A DNA stretch of 64,000 bases from Phoronis australis (Eukaryota > Animalia > Phoronida): assembly GCA_002633005.1 (NCBI GenBank), contig NMRA01000236.1, positions 345,532 to 409,531 on the forward strand. Reading direction: 5' to 3'. Below, piece after piece: positions 51,093 to 62,477 of this stretch; within the stretch, counting starts at the first letter, position 1; each line of letters begins with the position of its first letter. Made by a program: the position numbers and the translations under genes. The notes under the pieces were generated by a model. That model had not been told where the DNA came from, made no database searches, and saw only the letters and a list, made by a program, of their open reading frames with translations.

Positions 51093-52170
51093 AGGCGAAG
51101 GCAACCTTTTTTCATGTCACTTTTAGCAAAAATAAGGTTCGTTGATTATCCCAGACACATTTTTCACTTAATTACAGCTTTTCGTAATTTGATTAATTTC
51201 TCGTCCTCTACTCTGGAAGTTACGTTTTGGAAGGCAAGAGTTTCGCGCCAATTTCTTTTCATTATAGTCTGACTGTGAGAACTGTCGAGTCAGTCATTTT
51301 TCTACCTCCGTTGTGATAAGTTCGGTAGCCGTTTGCTTTTGTTTACAAGTCAGTCAACATGCCACGCTGTTGCTGCGTGCCGGGATGTACTCATTATCGT
51401 CTCACACGCTCTTTGGGTACCTTGCGTCGCTTTCCGAAGGATGACACACTTCGTCGTACTTGGCTAGCTCGTTCATGTGAAGAACGCAGCGCTATCCCGT
51501 GCCTCCGAACGTACCACATTGCGTGCAATTACGGGAACTAGCAGTGATTCGCCCTGTGCTGTTGTCTCTAGCCCAGAGCCTGTAAGCAGCCCTGCAGCGA
51601 TGTTGAGTAGTGGGAGTGAATACAGGCCCAGTTCGACACCCAGTGAAGAAGACAGTTCGTCATCCGCCAATGAACAGATCGGTGAGCCTAAGTTTGATAA
51701 CTTTATTGTGGACTTGTATTGGAGCTATTTAGAAGGTGCCAGGTGTGTGGCGAGGGAGAAACACGGCGGGGTGTAAGCAGTTTGGGTGCTCAGATCACCT
51801 TCCAGTGGGAGTGTGTCGTGGGACACTCGGGCAAGTGGGACAGTTCTTCTTCTGTTCTTGAGACGATAATGAGTACACCCCAGTACGCAGCAACAGCGTG
51901 GCATGTTGACTGACTCGTAAGTAAAAGCAAACGACGACCGAACTTATCACAACGGAGGTAGAACAATGACTGACTCGACTGCTCTCACAGTCAGACTATA
52001 TGAAAAGAAATTGGCGCGAAATTCTTGCCTCCCAAAACGTCACTTCCGGAGTAGGCCACGAGTAATTAATTAAATTACGAAAAGCAGTAAATAAGTGAAA
52101 AATATGTCGGGAATAATCAACTAACCTTATTTTTGCTAAAAATGACATGAAAAAAGGTTGCCTTCGCCTT
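51093..52170 (+). mobile_element. Internally deleted Kolobok-like DNA transposon with ~310-bp TIRs and TTAA TSD
   Basis: ttaa|aggcgaaggcaacc ... ggttgccttcgcct(t)|ttaa. THAP start MPRCCCVPGC..FPKDDTLRRTW (51359). Fragment RCQVCG..WECVVGHSGKWDSS resembles Kolobok transposase. Confidence 0.82.
51359..51858 (+). pseudogene. THAP-domain transposase remnant
   Basis: THAP N-terminal C-x-V-P-G-C and FP..R..W motifs, then frameshifts and deletion. Confidence 0.75.
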
Positions 52171-55100
52171 TTAATGTGTCAGTAAAAATGGCCGAGACAA
52201 CTCCACATTTCAGCATTTTGTCATTTTTCACAAAAGTCACTGGAAGATTACACGAAAACGGTATGTGTGGTTTTAAATAGTTTTATAGTCTACTACTAGG
52301 TGGTGATGTGATCTATGTATTTACTGCTATTTTGACCTTTTTTTGTCCGTATAACTTGGTTAATGTTACCAATAATGTTTAAATGCGTCAGTTAAAATGC
52401 CTGAGACAATATTTTTCATCAATTGTTACGAACATTTTGTGCTTTTATCAAAATTCGTTGGCAAATTACTTGGAAATGTGAAACTTTTAACGCGGGAATG
52501 TTTTACAGCTTCAAAATTACACACTACTATATGAATAAGGTGGGAAACGATAAAACTGACAGAGGCTCTCACGAAAGTTTTTTTTAATCTCGTACATATC
52601 AGAGCCCACTGACTAAACAGAGTTCATTTGTACCCTAACGTCATGGACAGATACGGTCGATTTCAAAGTCAACTCTACGTGGAGCTACCGAAAATAATTT
52701 ACTTTTTTCTTGCAGTTTACCTGATCAATGCGTGAATGACGTCATTCCGCCTTTGGGTTTATCAACACAATTCATAGTGAATAGGAAGTCGATTTTTTAA
52801 AATCAACTGATAGGCGAAATTTCAGGCATGTCGTCTTTTGTTTTGATTTTCCAATTCATGGCACGCCATTACGTAAACAAGATTCACAATGTTGGGTAGT
52901 TAACACTTTGTCGCCGATAGAAAGAGAAAATTGCCCATTGCGTGTTTTGCCTTCCACGGTTTAAATTTTGAGTTGAACTGAGATTTTGTCATTTGCCAAG
53001 CACTTCTCGAGGTTTGAAATTATGTAATAGGAACTGAAACAAGAAGTTGGTGTATATTTTGATGAGCCGTGGAAAAGGTCCTATTCTTTGTTTCTCTGAA
53101 GTCATTTTGAAGAAGAGCTTAATTAGGACGCTAGCTCTTGATGTGGTATCCTAGGAAAACGAGTTGACGGTCATTCCATGGCTCAGTTGTACTTGGCTTA
53201 TTCACAAACACTGGCACAGATCCTGGCAGTGTGGAATTTTTAGTACCCCCCTTGTATTTGCCAAAGCCTCAGTTGTCCACAAATGAGCAAAGTTTCAATT
53301 TTTCTCATTGTATGATGGAAGGCGGAGCCTTTTGCGTACAAAACATAAAAATAAGTAAAGGAAACCACCCCTACATCTATTTTGATGACTGCCGATCAGG
53401 AACTTGTGTGATTATAATTTCGAAAGGAAAAATCATGAAGCGAAAATTTTCGCTTATGCGTCACCATTTTGTTACTGGCATATATTTTTTCTGGTCACAA
53501 GAGCAGTGACGGATCTACGTTTTCAGTAAGGGAGGGTTTAGGATTCCCGTAAAGGTCGAATCCTAGGCGCGTGGCGCCGAGCGGGGGGAGGTCGGGAGGG
53601 GGGTTTCCCCCGTGTAAGACATTTTTTTGTTTTTGCAGCCAAATAGTGAAATTTCCATGCATCCTGGTAAGTTTCTGGCACTTAACATGTCTCTGGAGTT
53701 TTTCTTAAGATAAATAAAATCCTTCTCGGTTTAGTCACATGAACTTGGCTCATAAGTTTCGTGAAACCATATTGTGCACATCTGGGTATGAGTCACACCA
53801 CCAGCAAAAATTTTTGTTGGAACATCTGCTTACACACTCCTTTTTTAGCATACGAAATGTCGTAAACGAAAAAGTGTGGTGTGTATACAGGGGTTTAGAC
53901 AACTTCCAAATATTCAAGAGCATAAGGAGCACCGACGGGGAGTTAAAACTTGAATATCAGATGATCGTGTAACAACAGCCTCAAGTTGTTTAAGAACAAA
54001 AACCTATACTGTTAGTCCGGAAATAAACATGTGTTCTGTCTCGTTACGAGAAAAACTGGCAAACGATGGTGCTCGCAGCTCATAGTCTATTATTAAAAGC
54101 GAAATAAATAATTAAGTATCACTTTATTAAACTGAATCACGTTGACAACAATTGAAAAACGTCAAATGTATCAGGAAACAAATCATCTGAAAACAGTTTC
54201 ACGAAACCAAAACATCTGTGCACAGTGGTGAAAAGATATACTGGACTAGTTTGCAGAGGGACCAGATGTACACTGAGAGAACACAAAAAGGCTGACCTGG
54301 TCCGTCACGAGACCAAGAGTACACCTGTGCCTATTATCCCTATACAAATAGTCGATCTGTCGTGGGACCAAACAGTACTGGCTGAGATAAACAGTTTTAC
54401 AAAGCACACATTGGTAAAAAAATCACAAGACTAGTTCGCCGAGGGACCAGAAGCACACTGAAACTCAACATCTACACAAATCAAGCTGGCCTGGTCGGTC
54501 GCAAGACCTAAAGTGTACTATGCAAGAAATTTTGAATTGAAAACTTCTTTCTAGACGCTTTTTAATCCCCAGTGTTTACTCATACGGTAGCCCTATTCTT
54601 CTGTTGTCTAGACTGCCAAGGAATCTGTATATCGGATCCAATGGTTTGCTCCTCTTGGAACCACTCTACCCAGATATCTTCGATGTTTGTTCCCAACGCT
54701 TGCACTTCGTCAATGAGCTTGTAAGCCTCTACAATGTCAGCATCTCGTTTCGCAGCTCAGTTGGCACTAAGACCCTTGAGGTTGCCAAGTCCATTCAAAA
54801 GACTTACACGCGCAATTAAATTTGATCCGTTCATCATGGAACTACTTCAAACCTTGACGATGTATCCCAGGACCTATTTGCATCTCTTGCAATTTTCGAA
54901 ATAAACTCCCCAATGTCTGAACGCTTGAAACCCGAAGTACTAACATCAAATAAATGCCCATGGGCATGAGCGTTTCATCGGGTGAGCCTTTTTGCGGAAA
55001 TTCCCAATATAAAAGACGGCAGTGTGCGTATTGCAGGTAGAAAGACGGTAGGTGTTGAGGTCGGAACTAGGGCTCCTTAGGAGGCCTACTGAACATCGCA

Positions 55101-56314
55101 CCAGTCCCGCAATACTTTGTTGTGAAAGAACAACTTCCCTGCAATTTTTGGTACTGTACACTGTTCGCGAATGCGATCACTTTGTCAATGCGAGTGCCCC
55201 TTGGTCATTCTTTGTATAGACATAACTTGTTAGAGTTTATCTTCAAACGGACTCGCGACTAGACCACGGCGCCCGCCTCAACAGCAATTCTTCGGAAAAA
55301 GATTTTTTTTCAAAAATATTACATGTACATGTACACTGTATGATATTGCGCAAGACAAATTTACTATACATCAGTTACAAACGTTTGGAGTGTAATAGAA
55401 CACCCCGGCCAACCCGCGATCGAGAACGACCGGAAAGCGATCGAGAACGAAACCGGTTGCGAGAAGCGAAGCCAGGCAAGGTGAGTAAATTTGATGAATT
55501 TACGTTGTTTTTACTTCCAATGTGAAAACAGAGACATGAGTTCAAGGTGTAACACATTGAGGAAGGGCAGGTAGAGGTTTGGGCTGGTGTCTGTTCCAAT
55601 TATTGGAGATAAGTTACGTTGAACGAGGCATCGCTTGAGTCAAAGGGGATTCGTATGTCATTTTGGCAAATTGCGGTTATTATTGGCACTAAATCAATAA
55701 ATTGACCATGAAGTTATGAAGAAGTGACTTGTGAAAGTATAGCACAACGCTTGTTTTTCGTAGTTTTGTCAGGATCTCTGATTTTTCGACACTTTTCTGT
55801 TGAAAGATGCGATCGAGAACGCAAAGATAAGCGATCGGAAACGCAAATTTTTGTAGTGTTTATGCGATCGAGAACGCATCGTGGTGTGCCTAACAGTTAT
55901 GAACTTTTTAGTTATAAAACGTGAAAAGGGTTACAAAATAAGTGTGGTGCAATGAATTAATCACATTTTGAGTCATTACTGTTACTTTCGTTTCCAAATT
56001 AAACAATATCATAGCATTATCCTTAAATTAAAATGAGCGACTACATGTACATCAAGCCCTATTTTAGTTATAGATATTTTCACAAATGAATTTATTTTCA
56101 TTTCAGGAAACACGTTCACTGTTATTATTGTGAGGCGAGCTTCAACGAACAGATTGATCAGGGCGTGAAAGTACACCCTACCAGGGTTTTGAAATACAGA
56201 CATACTTTTAGACGAAAACAAGTGGAACAAGGGGTTCTAAACTAAGACTCACCCAGAAATTGTTCCATGTGGCGTGTAAGCCAGGAGTAAACAAATTGTT
56301 GCTGCAGATGAAAG

Positions 56315-56624
56315 CAGTGGCTGATTTAGGAGGGGGGTTGTCAAGGGGGCCATGCCCTGTAAAATTCTCTCACATACCATTTGGCAGTCCGGGGTGCGAA
56401 TTGCCGACTAGCAAATGCGCGCACCCAAATGGGCTCGAGGGGTTAATGCGCAATTCATAGGCCTTGAACAAACCCCGTGTACCTTTTTTTAGTAATAAGG
56501 TCCACAAACCCAAAAATTCGAGGCCCCTGCATCCCTACATTTTAGGCTGGGCGTGCGCATGTGGCAAAATTCTGACTATTCCTGTGCCCTGCACCCCCAA
56601 CTCAAAATCCTGGATCCGCCCCTG
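56315..56624. mobile_element. CAGTGGC..-type MITE, 5-bp TSD GAAAG, with a nested CATGCGCGCAC MITE
   Basis: gaaag|cagtggctgatttagg ... cctggatccgcccctg|gaaag. Empty site in copy B (~63265-63275). Confidence 0.85.
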
Positions 56625-57653
56625 GAAAGCGAGTGCCGAATCTTCTTGCAAGATTGTGACAGAAATAGGAAAAAAAAAAACAAATACGGCAGTGAAGTTA
56701 AAGATTGATGACGAGCGTGCTTGTGGGAAGCGAGTAGAATGCTGCAACACCATTCGTGAGGTGATTCAAAGATTACCGCTCATGAACGTCTGGGATTTAA
56801 AAAAATGCCAGAAATAGTGTTAACTGTTTTGCTGATAAAACGGGTGATATTTTCTTGGATGTTTTACTGATATTATCGATACAGTGATGAACAGATTGAC
56901 TTGTGGCACTTGTGCGGCTCGGATATACAACGTATGTTTGACTCTTCTATTTTGTAGTATTGGTCCTGAGTGCATCTTCAGTTCATGATTTCCTGTTTAA
57001 CATGACATTGAAAAAGAGCGAGGCAAGATATAATACACCTACTATATTGTGATTTTCTCAAAAACTTAGTTAAAATGTTGTCTTTAACATCACTTCAAGA
57101 CACAATGTAGTGATTACACAGGAAATCAATAACAATATTAAAGCAATTCTATAATATTATTAATCTTTTATCACACATACCTCAAAATTGGTTATACGGG
57201 AAAAAGATATAAAACATTGCTTTAGGGAAATCAACATAACACATCCAGTGTACATTTCCTTCGAATTATTTTTGGAGTGTATTAGAGTAAATCATCACTC
57301 AATCATAGACAATCTGTTTTGGACCGGTGCATAAAATTCTCTCACACGGAATCAACAATATGAAAACAGTTTCTACAGTTATGGCAGACATATGTTTTTT
57401 TTAAATACTAATTGGTCTTAACAATTGTATGTAAGAATCACCCAATGACACATAGAGTGGCCATTAAAATGTACCCAAACACAACAAAAATGCACTGGTT
57501 CTGTTAAAGATGCTGCTGAAATAACACAAATAGGAAAAAGGTTCAAAACAAAACGTCAAAATACTATCACATCTGACAACTACCAACCATAAACTCTGTA
57601 AATCTGAATAAAGTTTCGTGAATTAACAACTTTCACTACAGGACTGAATGATT

Positions 57654-58663
57654 TTATTCATGGTCATTCTGATTCTCATGTCTGTAGAAGGAGGCATACT
57701 CTTTGCATGACCCATTCACAACTTACAACAAGGAGTGTCCTCAGGCGTACTCTTTCTGTGAAACATTGATCGCAGATAGGGCACTGAAACAACTTGGTTC
57801 CTGAGCACTATGCTTCATATTGTGTTTTCTTATGCAATAAAAAATCTTGCCCCATGCAACACGGGGCTGGTAAAGGTCTTGCTTGCAACTAGTGAGTGAC
57901 ACTGTGTTTTATTGTCATGTGGTTATACAAAATAGGTTTCTTCCTGAACGAAGCTCCACAACATATATGCATACACAGCCCTTTGTCACATGCAGCAGTT
58001 GTGCTACCGGTACTCTTTTTTGGAGGCGTGTGTGTTAACACTCTGAAGGACTCCTCATGCGGCTACAGTTCAACTGAAAAATCAAATGCATTAAATCATA
58101 TTTGTGAGGCTAAATCTCATACAGAAATCATAAGAAACGGTGAAACTATAACAAACAATTAACCTGTCAACTACTTCATGGTCGTATTATTCTAAAATTA
58201 TTGATATAACACCGTAACTTGAACAATTATTCAGGAAAATGCACCGAAAAAACGTGCGTTCACGATCACCATGGAGAATTAACAGCTTCGTTCCCGATCG
58301 CCGTCTCACACGAGGACCTGCTTGTATCGGTAGATAGCTCGAATTGTTTCACATATTATAACTAACAAAGGTGTCACCAGGGACGATTTCACTATAAACG
58401 TCACACGTGTCCACTAAAGAACCCAGGAATTGCTAATAACAAGTAGAAATTGACGAATTTACGAGACGCAAGTCATTTTACCGAAAGCCATTGCATTCTG
58501 CGGTCTCTATTTCAAAAAATAGCAAAAGCCAAGTATTATTTCAGATCCACAACAAAGGATAAGCTCTGACGCTTTTCGATGTGCCGCATCGGTACCAAAG
58601 TAGCCTCTATTTAAGAAGAAAATGACACTTAAACTCACCGGGTACTTCACTGTCGTCTGCCAT
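57654..58663 (-). pseudogene. Decayed spliced C2H2 zinc-finger gene within CAC element copy A
   Basis: Exon 1 58663-58639 (MADDSEVP, G|GTGAGT), acceptor before 58073. Fingers CGASFRKKPILYNHMTIKH and FQCPICDQCFTERVRL, with stops and frameshifts. Confidence 0.65.
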
Positions 58664-59013
58664 TTTTGTTGTAAGGTCGCGTTCTCGATCGCGGGTTGGC
58701 CGGGGTGCAGAATGACATGGCATGACAGATGAGGTAAAAACGTTGCATGTCAATTCGCCTGAATATCAGGGTTGCGGCACCACACTATTTCCCCTAATCA
58801 AATCAAAACATATCTTAGAGTAAAGAAGCTAGTTACCTAAAGAAATCAGCTATAGAACTGCTCTTTCAGCGGTGGATCCATCTAAAATGCTTGGCTACTT
58901 CAGAAGTGTCGACGGAAGTGCGCGCACAACTGGTCGCGCGTTTTGCCGATGAGCCAAGAAGACTCAGCAATTCACAATGCAAAAAATTATGTTTTCAGAG
59001 TGAGCACCCCCCC

Positions 59014-59169
59014 NNNNNNNNNNNNNNNNNNNNNNNNNNNNNNNNNNNNNNNNNNNNNNNNNNNNNNNNNNNNNNNNNNNNNNNNNNNNNNNNNNNNNNN
59101 NNNNNNNNNNNNNNNNNNNNNNNNNNNNNNNNNNNNNNNNNNNNNNNNNNNNNNNNNNNNNNNNNNNNN
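59014..59169. other. Assembly gap (N run)
   Basis: Ns between poly-C tracts. A single N also at 31748. Confidence 0.99.
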
Positions 59170-60227
59170 GGGCCCCCCCCCCCCCCTCTCATTTTTTTTC
59201 AATTTGGTTTACTTAGGGCTTACACACGCTAGCGGTGCTGTTTTTGTTTTGCTGGAGACGTTTTTATTTATTTTTTGTGTCCTGGCCCAAGGGGGGGGGC
59301 TTAAATCCCCTGAACCACCCCCCGTAGATCCGCCACTGAAGAGGGAGGTAAGAAATTTAAATAAAGTTGATTAACAGGCGTAGTCCAATTAAAATCCGGA
59401 AACGCACCAGCCAGGCGAGCACATTCCAACTAAAGTCTGAAAATTGTTGTCCTAGCCGAACATATGAGCTCGATCGGCGGTTAGTGGCGGTGGGGACAAA
59501 ACTTTTCCAAAGGCAGTGATAGGGGTCGCGTGACAGTTGGCGCCGTTTTACGTGTAAACATTAGGCGAGCTTTCGCACGTTATCAGGAACTTATCTGATG
59601 GCAACATTTTTCTAATGAAAACATTGGAACCACTGGTAGAGAGTGGTATGTAATCCAGTCGAGGAAAATAACATGCAACATACATTCATTAACTGATTTC
59701 TCATTGTTTATTTTAAAAGATACGAAGATAATGCTCTTCATTGACTTCAAAAATCAACAAGACATGCAACTATGGTGAACAGAAAAACACGTTTATGATT
59801 AAGAAACTGCATTATGAATAAACAAATAATTCTCGAATACAAATCACATCTGCCACAAAGTGCATACTAAATTTTTAAATCGCTGAGCTAAACCGATGGT
59901 TTCATAAGTTAAGCCACAAATCGAACCACTTCCGTCACTGGTTGGTTGTCAGTAGCCACCAATTAAAATGTATTTGTGTAATGGTAATGAAAAAATGGAC
60001 TTGAGATGGAACAGAGGTCAGGATCAACGGATTGTTAAGTACGTACGCCAAATGGTTGTGATTTTAATTCGGCACGGAACACGAATGTTCGCAAAAAGTA
60101 TTATTTAAACAATTCGCGAAGAAAGTACCACCAACAGTTAATACTTGTATCAATTGCTTCTTCACCCCGGCCAACCGGCGACCAAGAACGCCCGGAAGGC
60201 GATCGAGAACGAGACCTTGCACCAAAA

Positions 60228-62078
60228 ATGGCAGACGACAGTGTTGTACCCGGTGAGTTTAAGTGTCATTTTCTTTTTAAATAGAGGCTACTTTGGTTCG
60301 AATGCTATACACAGAAATGCGTCAGGGTGTAGCTATTGTTGTGGATCTTAAATAATACTTGGCGTCTGCTTATTTTTAAAATAAAGAGCGCAGAAAGCAA
60401 TGGCTTTCGGTAAAATGCCCTGCGCCTCGTAAAATCGACAATTTCTACTTGTTGTTAGCAATTCCTGGGTTCTTTAGATATGTGTGACGTTTATAGTTTA
60501 ATCGTCCCTGGTGACATCTTTGTTAGTTTTGCTTTGTGAAACAATTCGAGATATTTATCAATACAAGCAGGTCCTTGTGTGAGACGGCGATCGGGAACGA
60601 AGACGTTAATTCTCTATGGCGATCGTGAACGCAAAAAAGCGATCGTGAACGCACATTTTTTTCGCTGAATTGGCCTGAATAGCCGTTCAAGTTACGGTAT
60701 TGTGTCAATAATTTCAGAATAATACGGACCTTGAATTAGTTGATGGGTTGATTATTAATTATACTTCACCGTTTTTTCATGATGCCTTTGTGAGGTTAAC
60801 GTAACAAATAACTAAATGCGTTTGATTTTTTCAGTTGAACTGTAGCCACACGACGGGTGTTAACGTCCACGCCTTCAAAAAATAGTAGTATACTCGGGAA
60901 CCCAATGGTCGTCCGCCTAAGCATTAAACCGACTTGCTGTTGTACTCACCGAATTATTCCACTTCAAAGTTATGATCTGAATAGGATTCGATTTAACTCT
61001 CACAGATATACCGCATTCATCGATTCGGAAGTTTTCTTTAATTTGTGCCGAGTTATTTCAAATGTGCACTGCCTTCGGCAGCCATTTTATTGTGACACCT
61101 AAGTTCGTCATATGCTGCCCCCTTTTGTAAAAACTGAGAAACATGCAGAAAAAGGCCAACGAAGTAATGAAAATTGCAACAGCCTGTTTTTATTGACATA
61201 AACTCGATTTGAAGCTTTGATGTTGAGCTCTGCACTGTGGTTTCCAATAAAAGCCAATTGGACAACATTTCAATGCAGTTTAATGGTGAACGTGAGGCAA
61301 AAATGTTAAGAACCCAGCGTATCGCATTTGTCTGCGGATTTTTCCTTTGGCCTTCTAGATCCTACTAGTGCCTGGGACAAACAGATACATTGCATAAACA
61401 AACCCTGGATCATGTTTTGTGTCCCGTCGGAAGAAAATTTAAATTCGAAAACATCTTCTGAAAACGCACAAAAAAGTGTATTAGTAAAATCTACTGATTT
61501 TTAAGTGGTTTTAAAAAACAATCGGTAAACTCACCGATTTTTGTCTCATTACTTTGATACGTGTCTCTTCCGATAAGTTAGTACCTAACGTGCACACGAG
61601 CACTCCAAATTGGAACGCTAAGTCCCGCGTGGTTGCGCTGCACGCGAAACAAGATGGCGGACGACCTTTGGAGCCTGACGACAATAGGTAACCGGACTAT
61701 ACAACTGCTGCATGTCACAAAGGAGTGTGTGCGTACGTTGTCGAGCTTCGTTCAGGCACTAAGAAATCGACTTAGTATAACCAAATGGCAATAAAAGACA
61801 GTGACACCACAGCAAGCAAGACCTTTACCAGCCCCTTGATTGACGTATTGCATGCGTCAAGGGTTTATTTACCGATATAAGAAAACACAACATGAAGCAT
61901 CGTGCTCAGGAACCAAGTCAATTCAGTGCCCTATATCTGCGATCAATGTTTCACGGAAAGAGTGAGCCTGACGCGACATGTTGCGTCACACGAGGACACT
62001 CCTTTTTGTTGTGAGTGTGGCATGTCATGCAAATAGTATGCCTCCTTCTACAGGCATAAGAAGCAGAATCATGAATGA
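60228..62078 (+). pseudogene. Decayed C2H2 zinc-finger gene within copy B
   Basis: Exon 1 60228-60252 (MADDSVVP|GTGAGT), exon 2 from 60835. CDQCFTERVSLTRHVASHEDTPFCCECGMSCK*YASFYRHKKQNHE. Interrupted by an ~800-bp insertion. Confidence 0.7.
60888..61700. mobile_element. ~800-bp insertion with subterminal inverted repeats (boundaries approximate)
   Basis: Absent from copy A. ccaatggtcgtccgcc vs ggcggacgacctttgg. Confidence 0.6.
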
Positions 62079-62223
62079 AATAATTAAATACAGTATAAGT
62101 GAAGGTTGTTAAGTCACTATAGTTTATTCAAATTTACAGAGTTTATGGTTAGTAGTTGTCTGATGTGATAGTATTTTGACGTTTTGTTTTGAACCTTCTT
62201 TCCTCAAGTTTCTTTCTATATTT

Positions 62224-62477
62224 CATGAGCGCACCCAGCCTTTAATACGGGGGCTCGAATCTCTGACAAAGTGGAACTTTTTCTAACAAAAAAGCAGGGT
62301 GACTAAAAAAACGAGGTACCACCTTCAGGTCTGTGAACTATGCGTCTGCGCCTTTTTAGTGGACTTTTGTCTCGTTTTCTCGGACTTTTTGTTTCTCTGA
62401 GGCGGACTTTTAACCCACTTCGCAAAATGGGGGGTGGGCTCGTTCGAGCGCCCCGAGCACCCCTGGGTGCGCGCATG
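62224..62477. mobile_element. CATGCGCGCACCC MITE, 5-bp TSD TATTT
   Basis: tattt|catgagcgcaccc ... gggtgcgcgcatg|tattt. Absent from copy A. Confidence 0.88.

Larger units (their letters stand above)
55401..58707. mobile_element. Unclassified CAC-terminated TIR element, copy A (28-bp perfect TIR)
   Basis: caccccggccaacccgcgatcgagaacg ... cgttctcgatcgcgggttggccggggtg. Subterminal GCGATCG(A/T/G)GAACG repeats. Flanks tagaa/cagaa. Absent from hAT copy 1 (~31985). Confidence 0.88.
53503..59338 (-). mobile_element. Decayed hAT-family element, copy 2, both TIRs present, 5-bp TSD AAGAG
   Basis: aagag|cagtgacggatctacg ... cgtagatccgccactg|aagag. Transposase remnant at ~54600-55200 homologous to 31240-31750. 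Interrupted by the 55401-58707 insertion. Confidence 0.82.

Noticed and set aside
55401-58707. Calling the CAC element a ProtoRAG/RAG-like transposon
   Set aside because: No RAG1 core, no kelch/PHD RAG2-like sequence, and no RSS-like heptamer/nonamer beyond the initial CAC.
58891-59374. ORFs crossing the N run
   Set aside because: Artefacts of the assembly gap.
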